Source: a virus
Strand: one strand, 5' to 3'
DNA: 64,000 bases
IMG/VR virus record: IMGVR_UViG_3300045988_126851
Coordinates: 1 to 64,000 of that record
The position numbers and the translations under genes were made by a program. Below the pieces are notes generated by a model that saw nothing but the letters and a program-made list of their open reading frames with translations, ran no database searches and had not been told where the DNA came from. Below are positions 18,917-26,811 of the stretch, piece by piece; position 1 is the first letter of the stretch, and the number at the start of each line of letters is the position of its first letter.

Positions 18917-19034
18917 AAGAGAAGTTAGATTTCCCCAGTCTTCGAAAAGTGAATGTAGAAGAGAATAAAGAAAAAGAAAAAGAACTATAATATAATGTTT
19001 CATTCATAAGAAAGATAGATGTAAAATTCTGTTG

Positions 19035-19076
19035 AAGATCCCGGACCTTAGAGAAGGTAATCCGGGATCTTTTTTA
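19035..19076 (+). terminator. intrinsic, probably bidirectional, terminator
   Basis: aagatcccgga...tccgggatctt followed by TTTT. It sits between convergent genes 18680..18916 (+) and 19074..19664 (-). Confidence 0.7.
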
Positions 19077-19664
19077 GTTAAAAACTATCCGATATAGAGT
19101 CCTAGAATCATGGGCGTCACTCTTATTAGTCAATCGTAGAGATACTTCATCTACTATACCAGTACCATTACTTAAGAATATTTCCCCTTCGTAATTTTTA
19201 AGACCTAATCCACTAACTGAACTTTTAAGTGTGAGATAGCTAGATTTACTGGGTGTTTTTAGTTCAAGCTCATAATCCTCTAACAGATCTTCTCTAAAAG
19301 TACACATCAGAAAGTATTTGATATCTGAACTGAAGTCATAATTGCTGCTATTCATCTTAATTCTACAATTATAGATAGGATAATTGGAACCATCATCATT
19401 AGTACCCACATTTACAAAATTAAAATAAGGTAGAAAGTCCAGAGTACCCACATTCTTTGGATAACCCGAAAATTTTATCAGTGAAGCAGTGTAGAAAGGC
19501 ATACTTTTTTGTAAAATTCTAACCTCTTGGGATTTATCTCCTGCAGTTCTTACTAATAAGTTAGTGGACCTATCCTTTGCAGAGGTATTAGGATCAGCCG
19601 TAATACTTACTGACGCATTCCCTTGCCCAGAATTTTGACTAACTGTAATAAATTCTTTTTTCAT
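19074..19664 (-). CDS. BACON-like-domain protein, paralogue 1
   Basis: N terminus MKKEFITVSQNSGQGNASVSITADPNTSAKDRSTNLLVRTAGDKSQEVRILQKS resembles the C-terminal half of the BACON / Bacteroidetes Ig-like domain (SP.SG.GN..v.v....N.s..R...l.v......v.i.Q). Confidence 0.55.
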   Translation of the reverse strand: MKKEFITVSQNSGQGNASVSITADPNTSAKDRSTNLLVRTAGDKSQEVRILQKSMPFYTASLIKFSGYPKNVGTLDFLPYFNFVNVGTNDDGSNYPIYNCRIKMNSSNYDFSSDIKYFLMCTFREDLLEDYELELKTPSKSSYLTLKSSVSGLGLKNYEGEIFLSNGTGIVDEVSLRLTNKSDAHDSRTLYRIVFN

Positions 19665-19788
19665 ATCTTTAAGCTTTTAGTGTTATTTAAGGTATAAGAG
19701 GAGATCTTGAGACCCCTTCTTATAATCACCTAACCCTGTGTAATAATGGTGAACTATTCTTATATGTAACTTAAAAATTATTTAGAGT

Positions 19789-20406
19789 ATGGAAAAGAAC
19801 TTTTTAAACATCACTCCAGAGAGTGGAAATGGAAATCAAGAAGTAACCGTAAATGCAAAAGCTAACGTCTCTCTAGAAGATCGAGAAGAGACGTTGAGAA
19901 TCAGATCCTCAACAGGGAAAGAGGCTTCTGTAAGAATAACCCAGGATGGTGTACCTTTTATGGCTCATATTGGAGTAGTACCTAGAAATATCTTCCCCGC
20001 AAGTACTGGACATCCTACAAATATTACCTTTTTAAAAACTACTTGGGATTCCGAAGGTATACCAACTACTGAACTGAAAGTAGCTAATTCAGATGAAAGA
20101 GAGCTTGAGTTTATACCATATTTCCAACTCCTAATCAGAAAGGATATAGCAGATGAATTATTACCTCCTGGGGAGTATGGAAACCCTGCGATGTATATTC
20201 AAGATGCTCTACTAGATCAATCTCTAACTGGTATTGGTATAAGCTTTAATCAAATTACTATAAAGGGGATTGAATATTATACTGCAGCAATAGAGGGATC
20301 TTACTATAAAGAAGATTTTCATGCTAGCATAGGATTATGCTATGAATATGAAGAGGTTGAATTATTCCGATTATGTACACAGAGATTTGATATTCACTGG
20401 TTCTAG
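19789..20406 (+). CDS. BACON-like-domain protein, paralogue 2
   Basis: MEKNFLNITPESGNGNQEVTVNAKANVSLEDREETLRIRSSTGKEASVRITQDG. The C-terminal region is diverged from the other paralogues. Confidence 0.55.
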   Translation: MEKNFLNITPESGNGNQEVTVNAKANVSLEDREETLRIRSSTGKEASVRITQDGVPFMAHIGVVPRNIFPASTGHPTNITFLKTTWDSEGIPTTELKVANSDERELEFIPYFQLLIRKDIADELLPPGEYGNPAMYIQDALLDQSLTGIGISFNQITIKGIEYYTAAIEGSYYKEDFHASIGLCYEYEEVELFRLCTQRFDIHWF

Positions 20407-20423
20407 AGAAAAATTATATAAAC

Positions 20424-20675
20424 ATGGTAACAGTAGAAAGAATTAGAGATGATAGTGAAAAGAGAATACTAAGATGTTCTGAGGGTAATAGAGTTTGGTA
20501 TCAGATGTGGATTGATCCCGAAGATATGCTAAGAATAGAACTACTATTGGAGGGAGGGAGTAGAACTTGGATGATAGAACTTCAGAAGTATTATGTATTC
20601 TTTTATGAGAGAAAGAATGGTAGAAGGATCTTAGGGAAGGATAGGATTAAGAAGATATTAGATACCCTTTTATAA
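20424..20675 (+). CDS. hypothetical protein
   Basis: 83-aa ORF between paralogues 2 and 3. Confidence 0.45.
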   Translation: MVTVERIRDDSEKRILRCSEGNRVWYQMWIDPEDMLRIELLLEGGSRTWMIELQKYYVFFYERKNGRRILGKDRIKKILDTLL

Positions 20676-20770
20676 AGAAGTGAAAGCCAGGGATGTTTGG
20701 TCTCTGGCTTCTTTGTGTGAAGTATATGGGGTATACTATAACCCCATATAAACCTTTAATATGTAAGTGT

Positions 20771-21403
20771 ATGGATAAAAGTTTTTTAAGTGTATCTCCA
20801 AGTGAAGGAGAAGGTAATGCTCAAGTAGTTATTAATGTTAAGGAAAATATGTCTCTAGATGAAAGGTCTGAGAGCCTTAATATCCGAACGAGTAATGGAG
20901 TAGAGAAGCAAGTGAGGATTACTCAGGATCCTGGTATGATCTTCTTCCCTACTATGCAAGTATCGGGCATCAAGGTAGGACAGGGAGAGCAGAAGTTTGC
21001 TTCCTTAAATCATTATCCTGTGATATCTCCCCAGAGTGATAAGAATTGGTTGGTAGATAGTATTAATATAGGGAACCTATTATTAAGCTTTACGAACGGT
21101 GGGGTAATAGTTTTTCGATTAAGGATTCTTATGAGAAAAAGTTTCTGGGAGAATTATACTCCTGAGATTAACCAGGGAGGTTCTACCTATTACCTTGAGG
21201 ATAAGAGTAAAGAGTTATATTCTATTGATGAATTTTGGTACCTTAAAGATGACTGGGTATATGTGGGATGGAATTGGAATATGGACTCTTCTGAAGGTTC
21301 TCATATTCCTTCTGCTACTTTAGATTATGATAATGGGGAAGGAGAGTATAAGACTTTATTTGAATGGAGATTCTCGGCTGATTCAATGGATTTATTACCT
21401 TAG
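20771..21403 (+). CDS. BACON-like-domain protein, paralogue 3
   Basis: The start is moved to MDKSFLSVSPSEGEGNAQVVINVKENMSLDERSESLNIRTSNGVEKQVRITQDPG (ATG at 20771). This N terminus aligns residue for residue with those of paralogues 1 and 2. Confidence 0.55.
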   Translation: MDKSFLSVSPSEGEGNAQVVINVKENMSLDERSESLNIRTSNGVEKQVRITQDPGMIFFPTMQVSGIKVGQGEQKFASLNHYPVISPQSDKNWLVDSINIGNLLLSFTNGGVIVFRLRILMRKSFWENYTPEINQGGSTYYLEDKSKELYSIDEFWYLKDDWVYVGWNWNMDSSEGSHIPSATLDYDNGEGEYKTLFEWRFSADSMDLLP

Positions 21404-21510
21404 TAAGGATTGGGAAGTTCTGGTATGCCCTTAATACGAAAGCCCAAAATCATGGCCTACTAAAAAGGGCGGACGGTTACGTTAATTTTAACATTTTAAA
21501 AATAAAGATA

Positions 21511-21540
21511 AGGGACAATGTTTTTATTGTCCCTTTTTAT
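21511..21540 (+). terminator. intrinsic terminator
   Basis: agggacaat-gttttt-attgtccct followed by TTTTAT. Confidence 0.75.
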
Positions 21541-21669
21541 TTCAGTCCTTAAAATACTCGTTTTCTTTGTTATTTAAACTTTCTTTTGTGTCTCTATACA
21601 TTTGCTTAATTAAAAGAAATAATGCAGCAAATAAAGCTATATTTAGTAATACCATAAAGAAGTTATTTA

Positions 21670-21695
21670 AAGGGAGTATTTTAAAATACTCCCTT
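21670..21695 (-). terminator. palindromic hairpin after 21707..22123
   Basis: aagggagtatttt/aaaatactccctt, 12 nt beyond the stop. The following U tract is weak. Confidence 0.45.
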
Positions 21696-21706
21696 ATATT
21701 AGTGTA

Positions 21707-22123
21707 TTATTTATTAAAATCTTTTACGATTTCAAGACCTTTTTTCAAAATCTCCTTTTTTTCTTCTTTAGTGTTTTCGCTTGCAATAGAAGCAAATGAA
21801 AAATCATTCAAAACGTATGCAGATTTATAAAAATCTAAAAAAGCCCCGATTAATTTTTCAGATTTATTTTCTACTATTGTAGAGAGCATAGAATAAGTGT
21901 AGTTTCTTAGTTTCTTTCTCGCTGCCTTTTTCTTTTTCTCATCCATGCCATCAAATAGAGTATTTTTATAAATCTCTGTTTTTTGTCCTAAAGAAGTTTT
22001 TAAAAGTCCGTTTGTTTTTTCTTTAGTTGTTTTAAACAACTCATTAAAAGAAATTGTAGCATTTGCTTTACTTGTTGCAATTGCTTTTTCTGCACTCACT
22101 TGATTTACTTTTGTTGTTGACAT
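21707..22123 (-). CDS. hypothetical lysine-rich protein in the AT-rich islet
   Basis: 138-aa ORF with an upstream TATATTTG-type box at 22228-22240 and a downstream hairpin. Confidence 0.55.
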   Translation of the reverse strand: MSTTKVNQVSAEKAIATSKANATISFNELFKTTKEKTNGLLKTSLGQKTEIYKNTLFDGMDEKKKKAARKKLRNYTYSMLSTIVENKSEKLIGAFLDFYKSAYVLNDFSFASIASENTKEEKKEILKKGLEIVKDFNK

Positions 22124-22227
22124 AATAAAAATACTTTTAGTTTTTATGTTTATTTTATTATAACCTTTTCTCTATAAAACTAAAAGATTTTATAAGAAAA
22201 AGAGAAAAGGTTTTTGTTTCATTTCTG

Positions 22228-22240
22228 TATTGCAAATATA
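22228..22240 (-). promoter_or_regulatory. promoter box variant (sense TATATTTGCAATA)
   Basis: The core TATATTTG lies about 105 nt upstream of the ATG at 22123. The long leader contains a hairpin with 12-bp arms (22162-22173 / 22201-22212). Confidence 0.45.
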
Positions 22241-22306
22241 AGAACTATTTTTTAATCTACAAAATTTTTTGAGATTTTTTTTTGAAAAATTTTTAGAGAG
22301 TATTTT

Positions 22307-22498
22307 TCAACTCTCTAAATTAAATCCCGTTAAATCTGTAATATTCTCTACATTTTTGATTAGCTCAAAAACTTCGTCCAAAGTTACATTATTTTTCTTT
22401 AATAAATAAGATGTTAGTTTTTTTGCTGCACTCATTGAAGAAATAGCTTCAATAAGATAATACTTTTCATCTGTTGTAATAACTAAATACTTTTTCAT
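22307..22498 (-). CDS. small hypothetical protein in the AT-rich islet
   Basis: The start is moved to MKKYLVITT (ATG 22496-22498), so that the promoter box at 22523-22534 lies 24 nt upstream, as at other genes. Confidence 0.45.
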   Translation of the reverse strand: MKKYLVITTDEKYYLIEAISSMSAAKKLTSYLLKKNNVTLDEVFELIKNVENITDLTGFNLES

Positions 22499-22522
22499 AA
22501 CCCTATTATTTTTGTTTTTCAC

Positions 22523-22534
22523 TATGCAAATATA
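22523..22534 (-). promoter_or_regulatory. TATATTTGCATA promoter box
   Basis: Exact 12-mer on the sense (minus) strand. Confidence 0.55.
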
Positions 22535-23025
22535 AAAACTTTATTTAGATTACGCAAATATTTAGAGAAAAATTTTCAAGAAAATGAAGTTTTTAAAAAT
22601 CAAAAATTTTAAAATTAAAATTTGCAAAAATCTAAAAATTGGAGAGGTTTTTAGATTGCACCCTAAAAAGTAGTTTAAAATTTGCACTTAAATTTGGGGG
22701 TACGTTCAAGCTTAAAATCACGCACGCTTTGTAGCTATATAGATTACCTGTATGAATAGAGAGAGTATTGGTTATAGGTATAGAAGTATCCCATAGGCCA
22801 TTAATGGTACCCAGTAGTAAATTTCTCTAAGGTCCTTCAAATTGCATAGGAAGCCATTAAGGGAATATTCTAGAAGGCTTATAGGTATAGAGGTATTAGA
22901 GCCTAATTACCTAATCTAATATAAGGCCATAGATAGTGATTTTGAAAATAGGGTGTAAGGTAAGAACATAAAAAGGTCCAGTACCAAAGTTAGGTCTGGA
23001 CCAAAGTTAGGCTTAGTAGGATTAA
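22535..23025. other. ORF-free block I sharing repeat modules with block II
   Basis: No ORF of 60 aa or more on either strand. Contains TTTGTAGCTATAT (22728-22740), GGCCATTAATGGTAC (22796-22810), two further GCCAT-type sites (22852, 22925), CCTAAT twice (22902, 22910) and ATAGGTAT repeats. Confidence 0.7.
22968..23001 (-). terminator. intrinsic terminator after 23026..23406
   Basis: ggtccag...ctggacc on the minus strand, followed by TTTTTATG. Confidence 0.65.
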
Positions 23026-23406
23026 TTAGCAAGTGAAAGGAACTGTTACCATGACCAATGTAGACCATATATGTATTAGGGGCATTTCTAGTGAAGCTTC
23101 GGGATCGAAAGGAAATACCTGATGTAATTGATTAGAGATTTCTAAAGATTCTTCTGGGGTAAGTGTATCGGGATCCTTAATGGTAAAGGACCATAGGTGA
23201 AAGCCTTGTTCCTCATGGTCGATAGTGTTAATGGATATTAGGGTTAACCGTTCTGGGATTTGGGTTTCCTGGATTTCAGAAAGGATAGGATAAATGTAAT
23301 CCTTGATCCCCTGTTCGAAATGAGGATAGGAATCAGGTGCAGCAATTAATGAAAGATTAATACTTTTTGCAAAATTAAATTCAGTGTTTAAAATACTTGT
23401 TCTCAT
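23026..23406 (-). CDS. small acidic hypothetical protein
   Basis: 126-aa ORF with its own promoter box and terminator, isolated between the two ORF-free blocks. Confidence 0.55.
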   Translation of the reverse strand: MRTSILNTEFNFAKSINLSLIAAPDSYPHFEQGIKDYIYPILSEIQETQIPERLTLISINTIDHEEQGFHLWSFTIKDPDTLTPEESLEISNQLHQVFPFDPEASLEMPLIHIWSTLVMVTVPFTC

Positions 23407-23434
23407 AAGTCTATCTTTAATTAGTTATTATTAC

Positions 23435-23446
23435 AATGCAAATATA
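23435..23446 (-). promoter_or_regulatory. promoter box variant (sense TATATTTGCATT)
   Basis: The core TATATTTG lies 28 nt upstream of the ATG at 23406. Confidence 0.5.
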
Positions 23447-23875
23447 AATATTAAATATTATATATGCAAATCCTCAATTGCTTTATAGGAGTACCTAAGG
23501 GCCTTGATTATATTTTTAAATCCTTGAGGCCATGAATGGAGTAAGGCCATAATCCTAATTTGCCTTATAACCTTTACCCTATATAAACCTATACCTAATA
23601 AGGCAATCAAGGTACCCCTAAATCACAAAATGTCCTAGAATTATTGCATTTATCAATAATATAAATACTAATGCAATAACTTACATAGTTACTAGGATAA
23701 TTGCCTAATAATCCCCTATGATTACCTATAAAATCCTATTTCTAGGTACCTTGAAGGCAATTATAATCCCCAAGAGATCCTAATTTACCCCTGAATAAGA
23801 GAGATCAGTAAAAGGCAACATCCTACAAACAACCGTACACTGCCTTTTTAACACGTAGCCTATTTTATCAACTAT

Positions 23876-23889
23876 TATATATATATATA
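23876..23889. repeat. (TA)7 tract
   Basis: tatatatatatata, located at the point where the hexamer orientation and the G/C skew switch. Confidence 0.95.
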
Positions 23890-23967
23890 CTAATATAAAA
23901 GGTAAATTAGGCAAATGGCAAATAGAAGGCCATTAATCGACTACTGTACTAAAGCTATAGTACACTC

Positions 23968-23983
23968 CTACAAACGTTTGTAG
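23968..23983. repeat. perfect 16-bp palindrome
   Basis: ctacaaac/gtttgtag. It overlaps a copy of TTTGTAGCTATAT (23977-23989). Confidence 0.95.
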
Positions 23984-24034
23984 CTATATGACTATCTGTA
24001 TTATAATTACCTTTTACCTTCACATGCCTTACCT

Positions 24035-24048
24035 TATATATATATATA
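24035..24048. repeat. (TA)7 tract
   Basis: tatatatatatata followed by tgtatata. Confidence 0.95.
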
Positions 24049-24620
24049 TGTATATAATAAGCGGCCATTAATGGTACTGGGATTATGAGGATTTTATGGA
24101 GATTAGGGGCCTTTTTATTGCCTTTTTGTGATTACCTTAAAATGAGCCAAGTAGCTCTAGAGTATAGTAGCTATATAGTAATGTGGTATGTTTTGTATAG
24201 TAAGTAGGGGGATTGCCTTGAGGTACCTCAAATTTTCGAAACCCCCGGGGATACCTTGTATATGTATCTTAGATATGTATTATATGATATGAGTATTAAT
24301 AGTAATGATGATATATGGTAATAGGTATTAGTGTATTATATGAGGTATAGGATATGATTATATTGATTAGGTATATAGGTATTATGTATACCTTTAGTGT
24401 ATAGGTTCTTTATTATTTCTCTTTTGTTTTTGTTTGGGGAGGGGGATTGGTTATAGGTACCTTTGTATTAGGATCATTAAGGTGGTATATATTATTAGGA
24501 TTAGGATTTGTGATATTAGGTACCTTATTTTGTTTGTTGGGGGGGATTGGTAGGTGTTCTCATTGTGTATGAGGATTAGGATGGTGATTAGGGATAGGAT
24601 TACCTTTAGGTATGTGATAT

Positions 24621-24869
24621 TCATGGTAGTGGGATTATATCGATTATGGTTATATCACTTAGATTTATTTGTAATATCCCTCTTAACCTTAGCCTTATGA
24701 ATTCTGAGTGAAGGTGGTTGTTGTTTATTTCTTGGTGGGGGTAGCGAAAGTAAGGATTTAGTTCCTCAGTTCTGTATGGGATTACCATTTCCTCTGTGAA
24801 ACCCTCTGTGTAGTCTTTAGTGTGACCTGGTACCTCGAAAGATACCAGGAATTCCCCTTTTGTTAGCAT
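24621..24869 (-). CDS. small hypothetical protein
   Basis: 82-aa ORF, the last gene before ORF-free block II. It overlaps the upstream gene by 7 nt. Confidence 0.45.
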   Translation of the reverse strand: MLTKGEFLVSFEVPGHTKDYTEGFTEEMVIPYRTEELNPYFRYPHQEINNNHLHSEFIRLRLRGILQINLSDITIIDIIPLP

Positions 24870-25246
24870 GGCTCTAGTTCATTAGTTAGTATTCGGATAT
24901 CGGTATATTGATTCATGTATTCCTCTTCTGAAGATATGTCTAAGCATTTACATGCTATGTAGTGACCGTACATCGATATACCCGATTTATAGCCCTGGTC
25001 TTCGTTTAGGAAGTAGGCTAATCCTTTCCTATTGATTTCGATTACGGGGTAAGGAGGTTCTCCATTGGTTGCTTCCTTATCGAAGGTAGCAAAGTCATAA
25101 GTATCCGTATTATCAGTCATGGTAGCAAATATTTCTATTAGCCAGGTAAAATCCTCTAGAGGTACTTTATCTAGCCATTCCCATCCGATTGGGTAATCGT
25201 TTATGGTTATGGTTAAGTTACTGAGAATAGTTGAATTTAGTTTCAT
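24863..25246 (-). CDS. small acidic hypothetical protein
   Basis: 127-aa ORF rich in D/E, W and Y. Confidence 0.5.
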   Translation of the reverse strand: MKLNSTILSNLTITINDYPIGWEWLDKVPLEDFTWLIEIFATMTDNTDTYDFATFDKEATNGEPPYPVIEINRKGLAYFLNEDQGYKSGISMYGHYIACKCLDISSEEEYMNQYTDIRILTNELEPC

Positions 25247-25347
25247 ATTTTGTTAGTTGAGTTGAGGGTTAAAAGCGGATTGGGTTGGTTTAATATTTCT
25301 GAGTAGAACACAAGTTAGATTGCGATCTTGATCAGGAACTCCCACTA

Positions 25348-25590
25348 TTACGTAGAAATATAAGGGATCTTTTGGTATATCAAATATGAATGCTGATACC
25401 TTTCTTTCCCCATTTCTATTCGTTCGATATGGGTATTTTCTAGTTTTCCGTTTAGTAGTACATGAGATAAATATTCTTTGATAGCTTGGGATTCTCTTTC
25501 TGGTTTGAAATCCCAGGTATTTAGCATATCGTTAAACCATTCAGGATTATCGCAGAGTTTTATTAATTGGTTTTTGATGTATTCTGTCAT
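25348..25590 (-). CDS. small hypothetical protein
   Basis: 80-aa ORF with a 4-nt overlap with the upstream gene. Confidence 0.5.
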   Translation of the reverse strand: MTEYIKNQLIKLCDNPEWFNDMLNTWDFKPERESQAIKEYLSHVLLNGKLENTHIERIEMGKERYQHSYLIYQKIPYIST

Positions 25591-25862
25591 TTTCCGTAAT
25601 GTTTTAGTTCTTTGTTATATTCGGGGTATTTATTCTCGTAGTAGTCATAAAGATAAGTGTATTCGTCATCTCCAGACCAGCAATCTATGAAGTATTCATA
25701 TTGATCCTCTGTTGCTTGTGATGGGTGTATATGCAAAGTGTATTTGCAGTAATGTTCCCATACCGTTTTTGGTTGAAAGTTATTCTTGGTAGGGAAAAGC
25801 ATAATAGCTATCACGGTAGCTATCAAGGCAATTAGTATTAATTTGATTCTAGTCATGATCAT
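25587..25862 (-). CDS. small membrane-anchored protein
   Basis: N-terminal helix IKLILIALIATVIAIMLF and an acidic, Tyr-rich C terminus. Confidence 0.5.
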   Translation of the reverse strand: MIMTRIKLILIALIATVIAIMLFPTKNNFQPKTVWEHYCKYTLHIHPSQATEDQYEYFIDCWSGDDEYTYLYDYYENKYPEYNKELKHYGK

Positions 25863-26218
25863 AAGGGTTTAGCGATTACTGATATAAAGCCCTGTGGGTA
25901 TAGAGTATAAAAGATTTGGTAATCTCCATTTGGTAAGAATACTTCCAGGATATTTGCTAGCAATGGGTAGATTTTCCATTGGTTATCTTCTAGGAAGGTT
26001 ACCCAGTCCTTTATTTCATCATCTAAATAGTTCCCAGTGAGTTGAATGTGATAGGTTTCTTGATCCGGGACAAATACATTGGTTACTACCTGAATCTCAT
26101 TGGATTCCTTTTTGTATTGAAGAATGGGATACCAGATGCCTTCGGTTTTCCATTTATTAAGTTGGAATAGGGACATACCCTGTTCTAGAGTGTTGAGCAG
26201 TTTATATAAATTTATCAT
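25859..26218 (-). CDS. small hypothetical protein
   Basis: 119-aa ORF with 4-nt overlap coupling. Confidence 0.5.
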   Translation of the reverse strand: MINLYKLLNTLEQGMSLFQLNKWKTEGIWYPILQYKKESNEIQVVTNVFVPDQETYHIQLTGNYLDDEIKDWVTFLEDNQWKIYPLLANILEVFLPNGDYQIFYTLYPQGFISVIAKPL

Positions 26219-26223
26219 AGGGA

Positions 26224-26745
26224 TTAGGATTTTAGTGACTGGAATAATTTAGAGATATACAAGGACTTTATAAGATCAGGAGTAAGGTGATCTTCTTCCC
26301 ATTTTACAAGAGCTTTATATAGTTCATCATAGGTATTTACCATATCTTCGTCCTGTTCTTCATCTTGGATAAATTCCCAGAGATGTTTTTTAAGTTTGTT
26401 GAGGATTTCCTCTTGGTGATCTGGGGATAATTTGGTAATACCAAAGATGATTGCCTCTACCTGTGAGGGTGAGTAATCACGGTATTGGTCATCGGCACCT
26501 TCCGTTAAATTCATACGGGAGATAAGGTTTTCATTTAGGTTTTCGAATAAGGTTTCTTCTGAAGAATAAATAATAAGGTAGCCAGAAATGGAAGAAGCAA
26601 GAGGGTCATTGCCCAAATCGATTGAGTAAACTTGGATACCTCTGTTATATGGATTAATGTAGAGCCCATCGGTGTAGTCATAAGTATAAATGGGATGGGA
26701 AGCAAGCAAGTTGCCGATGTCGATTAAATTTTTTAACTGTTTCAT
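26224..26745 (-). CDS. acidic hypothetical protein
   Basis: 173-aa ORF preceded by promoter-leader cassette copy 1. Confidence 0.55.
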   Translation of the reverse strand: MKQLKNLIDIGNLLASHPIYTYDYTDGLYINPYNRGIQVYSIDLGNDPLASSISGYLIIYSSEETLFENLNENLISRMNLTEGADDQYRDYSPSQVEAIIFGITKLSPDHQEEILNKLKKHLWEFIQDEEQDEDMVNTYDELYKALVKWEEDHLTPDLIKSLYISKLFQSLKS

Positions 26746-26811
26746 AATGTCTATATTTAAATTGTTTTTCTATGCAAATATAATCATTTTTATTTTTATA
26801 GAAAAATATAT
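26743..26811 (-). repeat. promoter-leader cassette copy 1 (69 nt, includes ATG and TATATTTGCATA at 26771-26782)
   Basis: cataatgtctatatttaaattgtttttctatgcaaatataatcatttttatttttatagaaaaatatat. It differs from copy 2 at one position. Confidence 0.9.

Larger units (their letters stand above)
23474..24620. other. ORF-free block II: candidate replication origin, genome-end or protein-binding hub
   Basis: About 1.15 kb with no ORF of 60 aa or more on either strand. There is a mirror-image G/C skew, oriented CCTAAT/ATTAGG hexamers, GGCCAT(N)AAT sites, GGTACC palindromes, twin (TA)7 tracts and a 16-bp palindrome. Details are in the findings. Confidence 0.6.

Noticed and set aside
19074-21403. A diversity-generating retroelement acting on the BACON-like paralogues
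   Set aside because: The window contains no reverse transcriptase gene. There is no near-identical template/variable repeat pair with adenine-specific differences. The paralogues differ throughout their C-terminal regions.
21567-21830. Plus-strand 87-aa ORF in the AT-rich islet
   Set aside because: It is low-complexity, overlaps the terminator hairpin and the 3' end of 21707..22123, and has no promoter box.
23407-24620. A CRISPR array in the repeat-rich ORF-free region
   Set aside because: The repeats are short (6-15 nt), irregularly spaced and partly inverted. There is no unit of 25-40-nt identical repeats separated by unique spacers of constant length.
23407-24620. A protelomerase telomere-resolution site, suggested by TTAGG-like hexamers, TA tracts and a central palindrome
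   Set aside because: The only perfect palindrome is 16 bp. The arms are similar in motif content but are not a long inverted repeat. No protelomerase-like gene is present in the window.
22535-24620. tRNA genes or a large structured ncRNA in the ORF-free blocks
   Set aside because: I found no T-loop (GTTCRANYC) with flanking complementary stems and no cloverleaf-compatible segment. The G-rich arm has almost no C over several hundred nt, so stable G-C helices cannot form locally. A covariance-model scan was not possible, so this rejection is provisional.
22535-24620. Stop-codon reassignment hiding long ORFs in the ORF-free blocks
   Set aside because: All recognisable genes in the window, both early and structural, read through cleanly in the standard code. 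There is therefore no independent sign of recoding. The strongly biased, low-complexity composition also does not look like coding sequence.
25478-25690. Plus-strand 70-aa ORF
   Set aside because: It is antisense to two coupled minus-strand genes.
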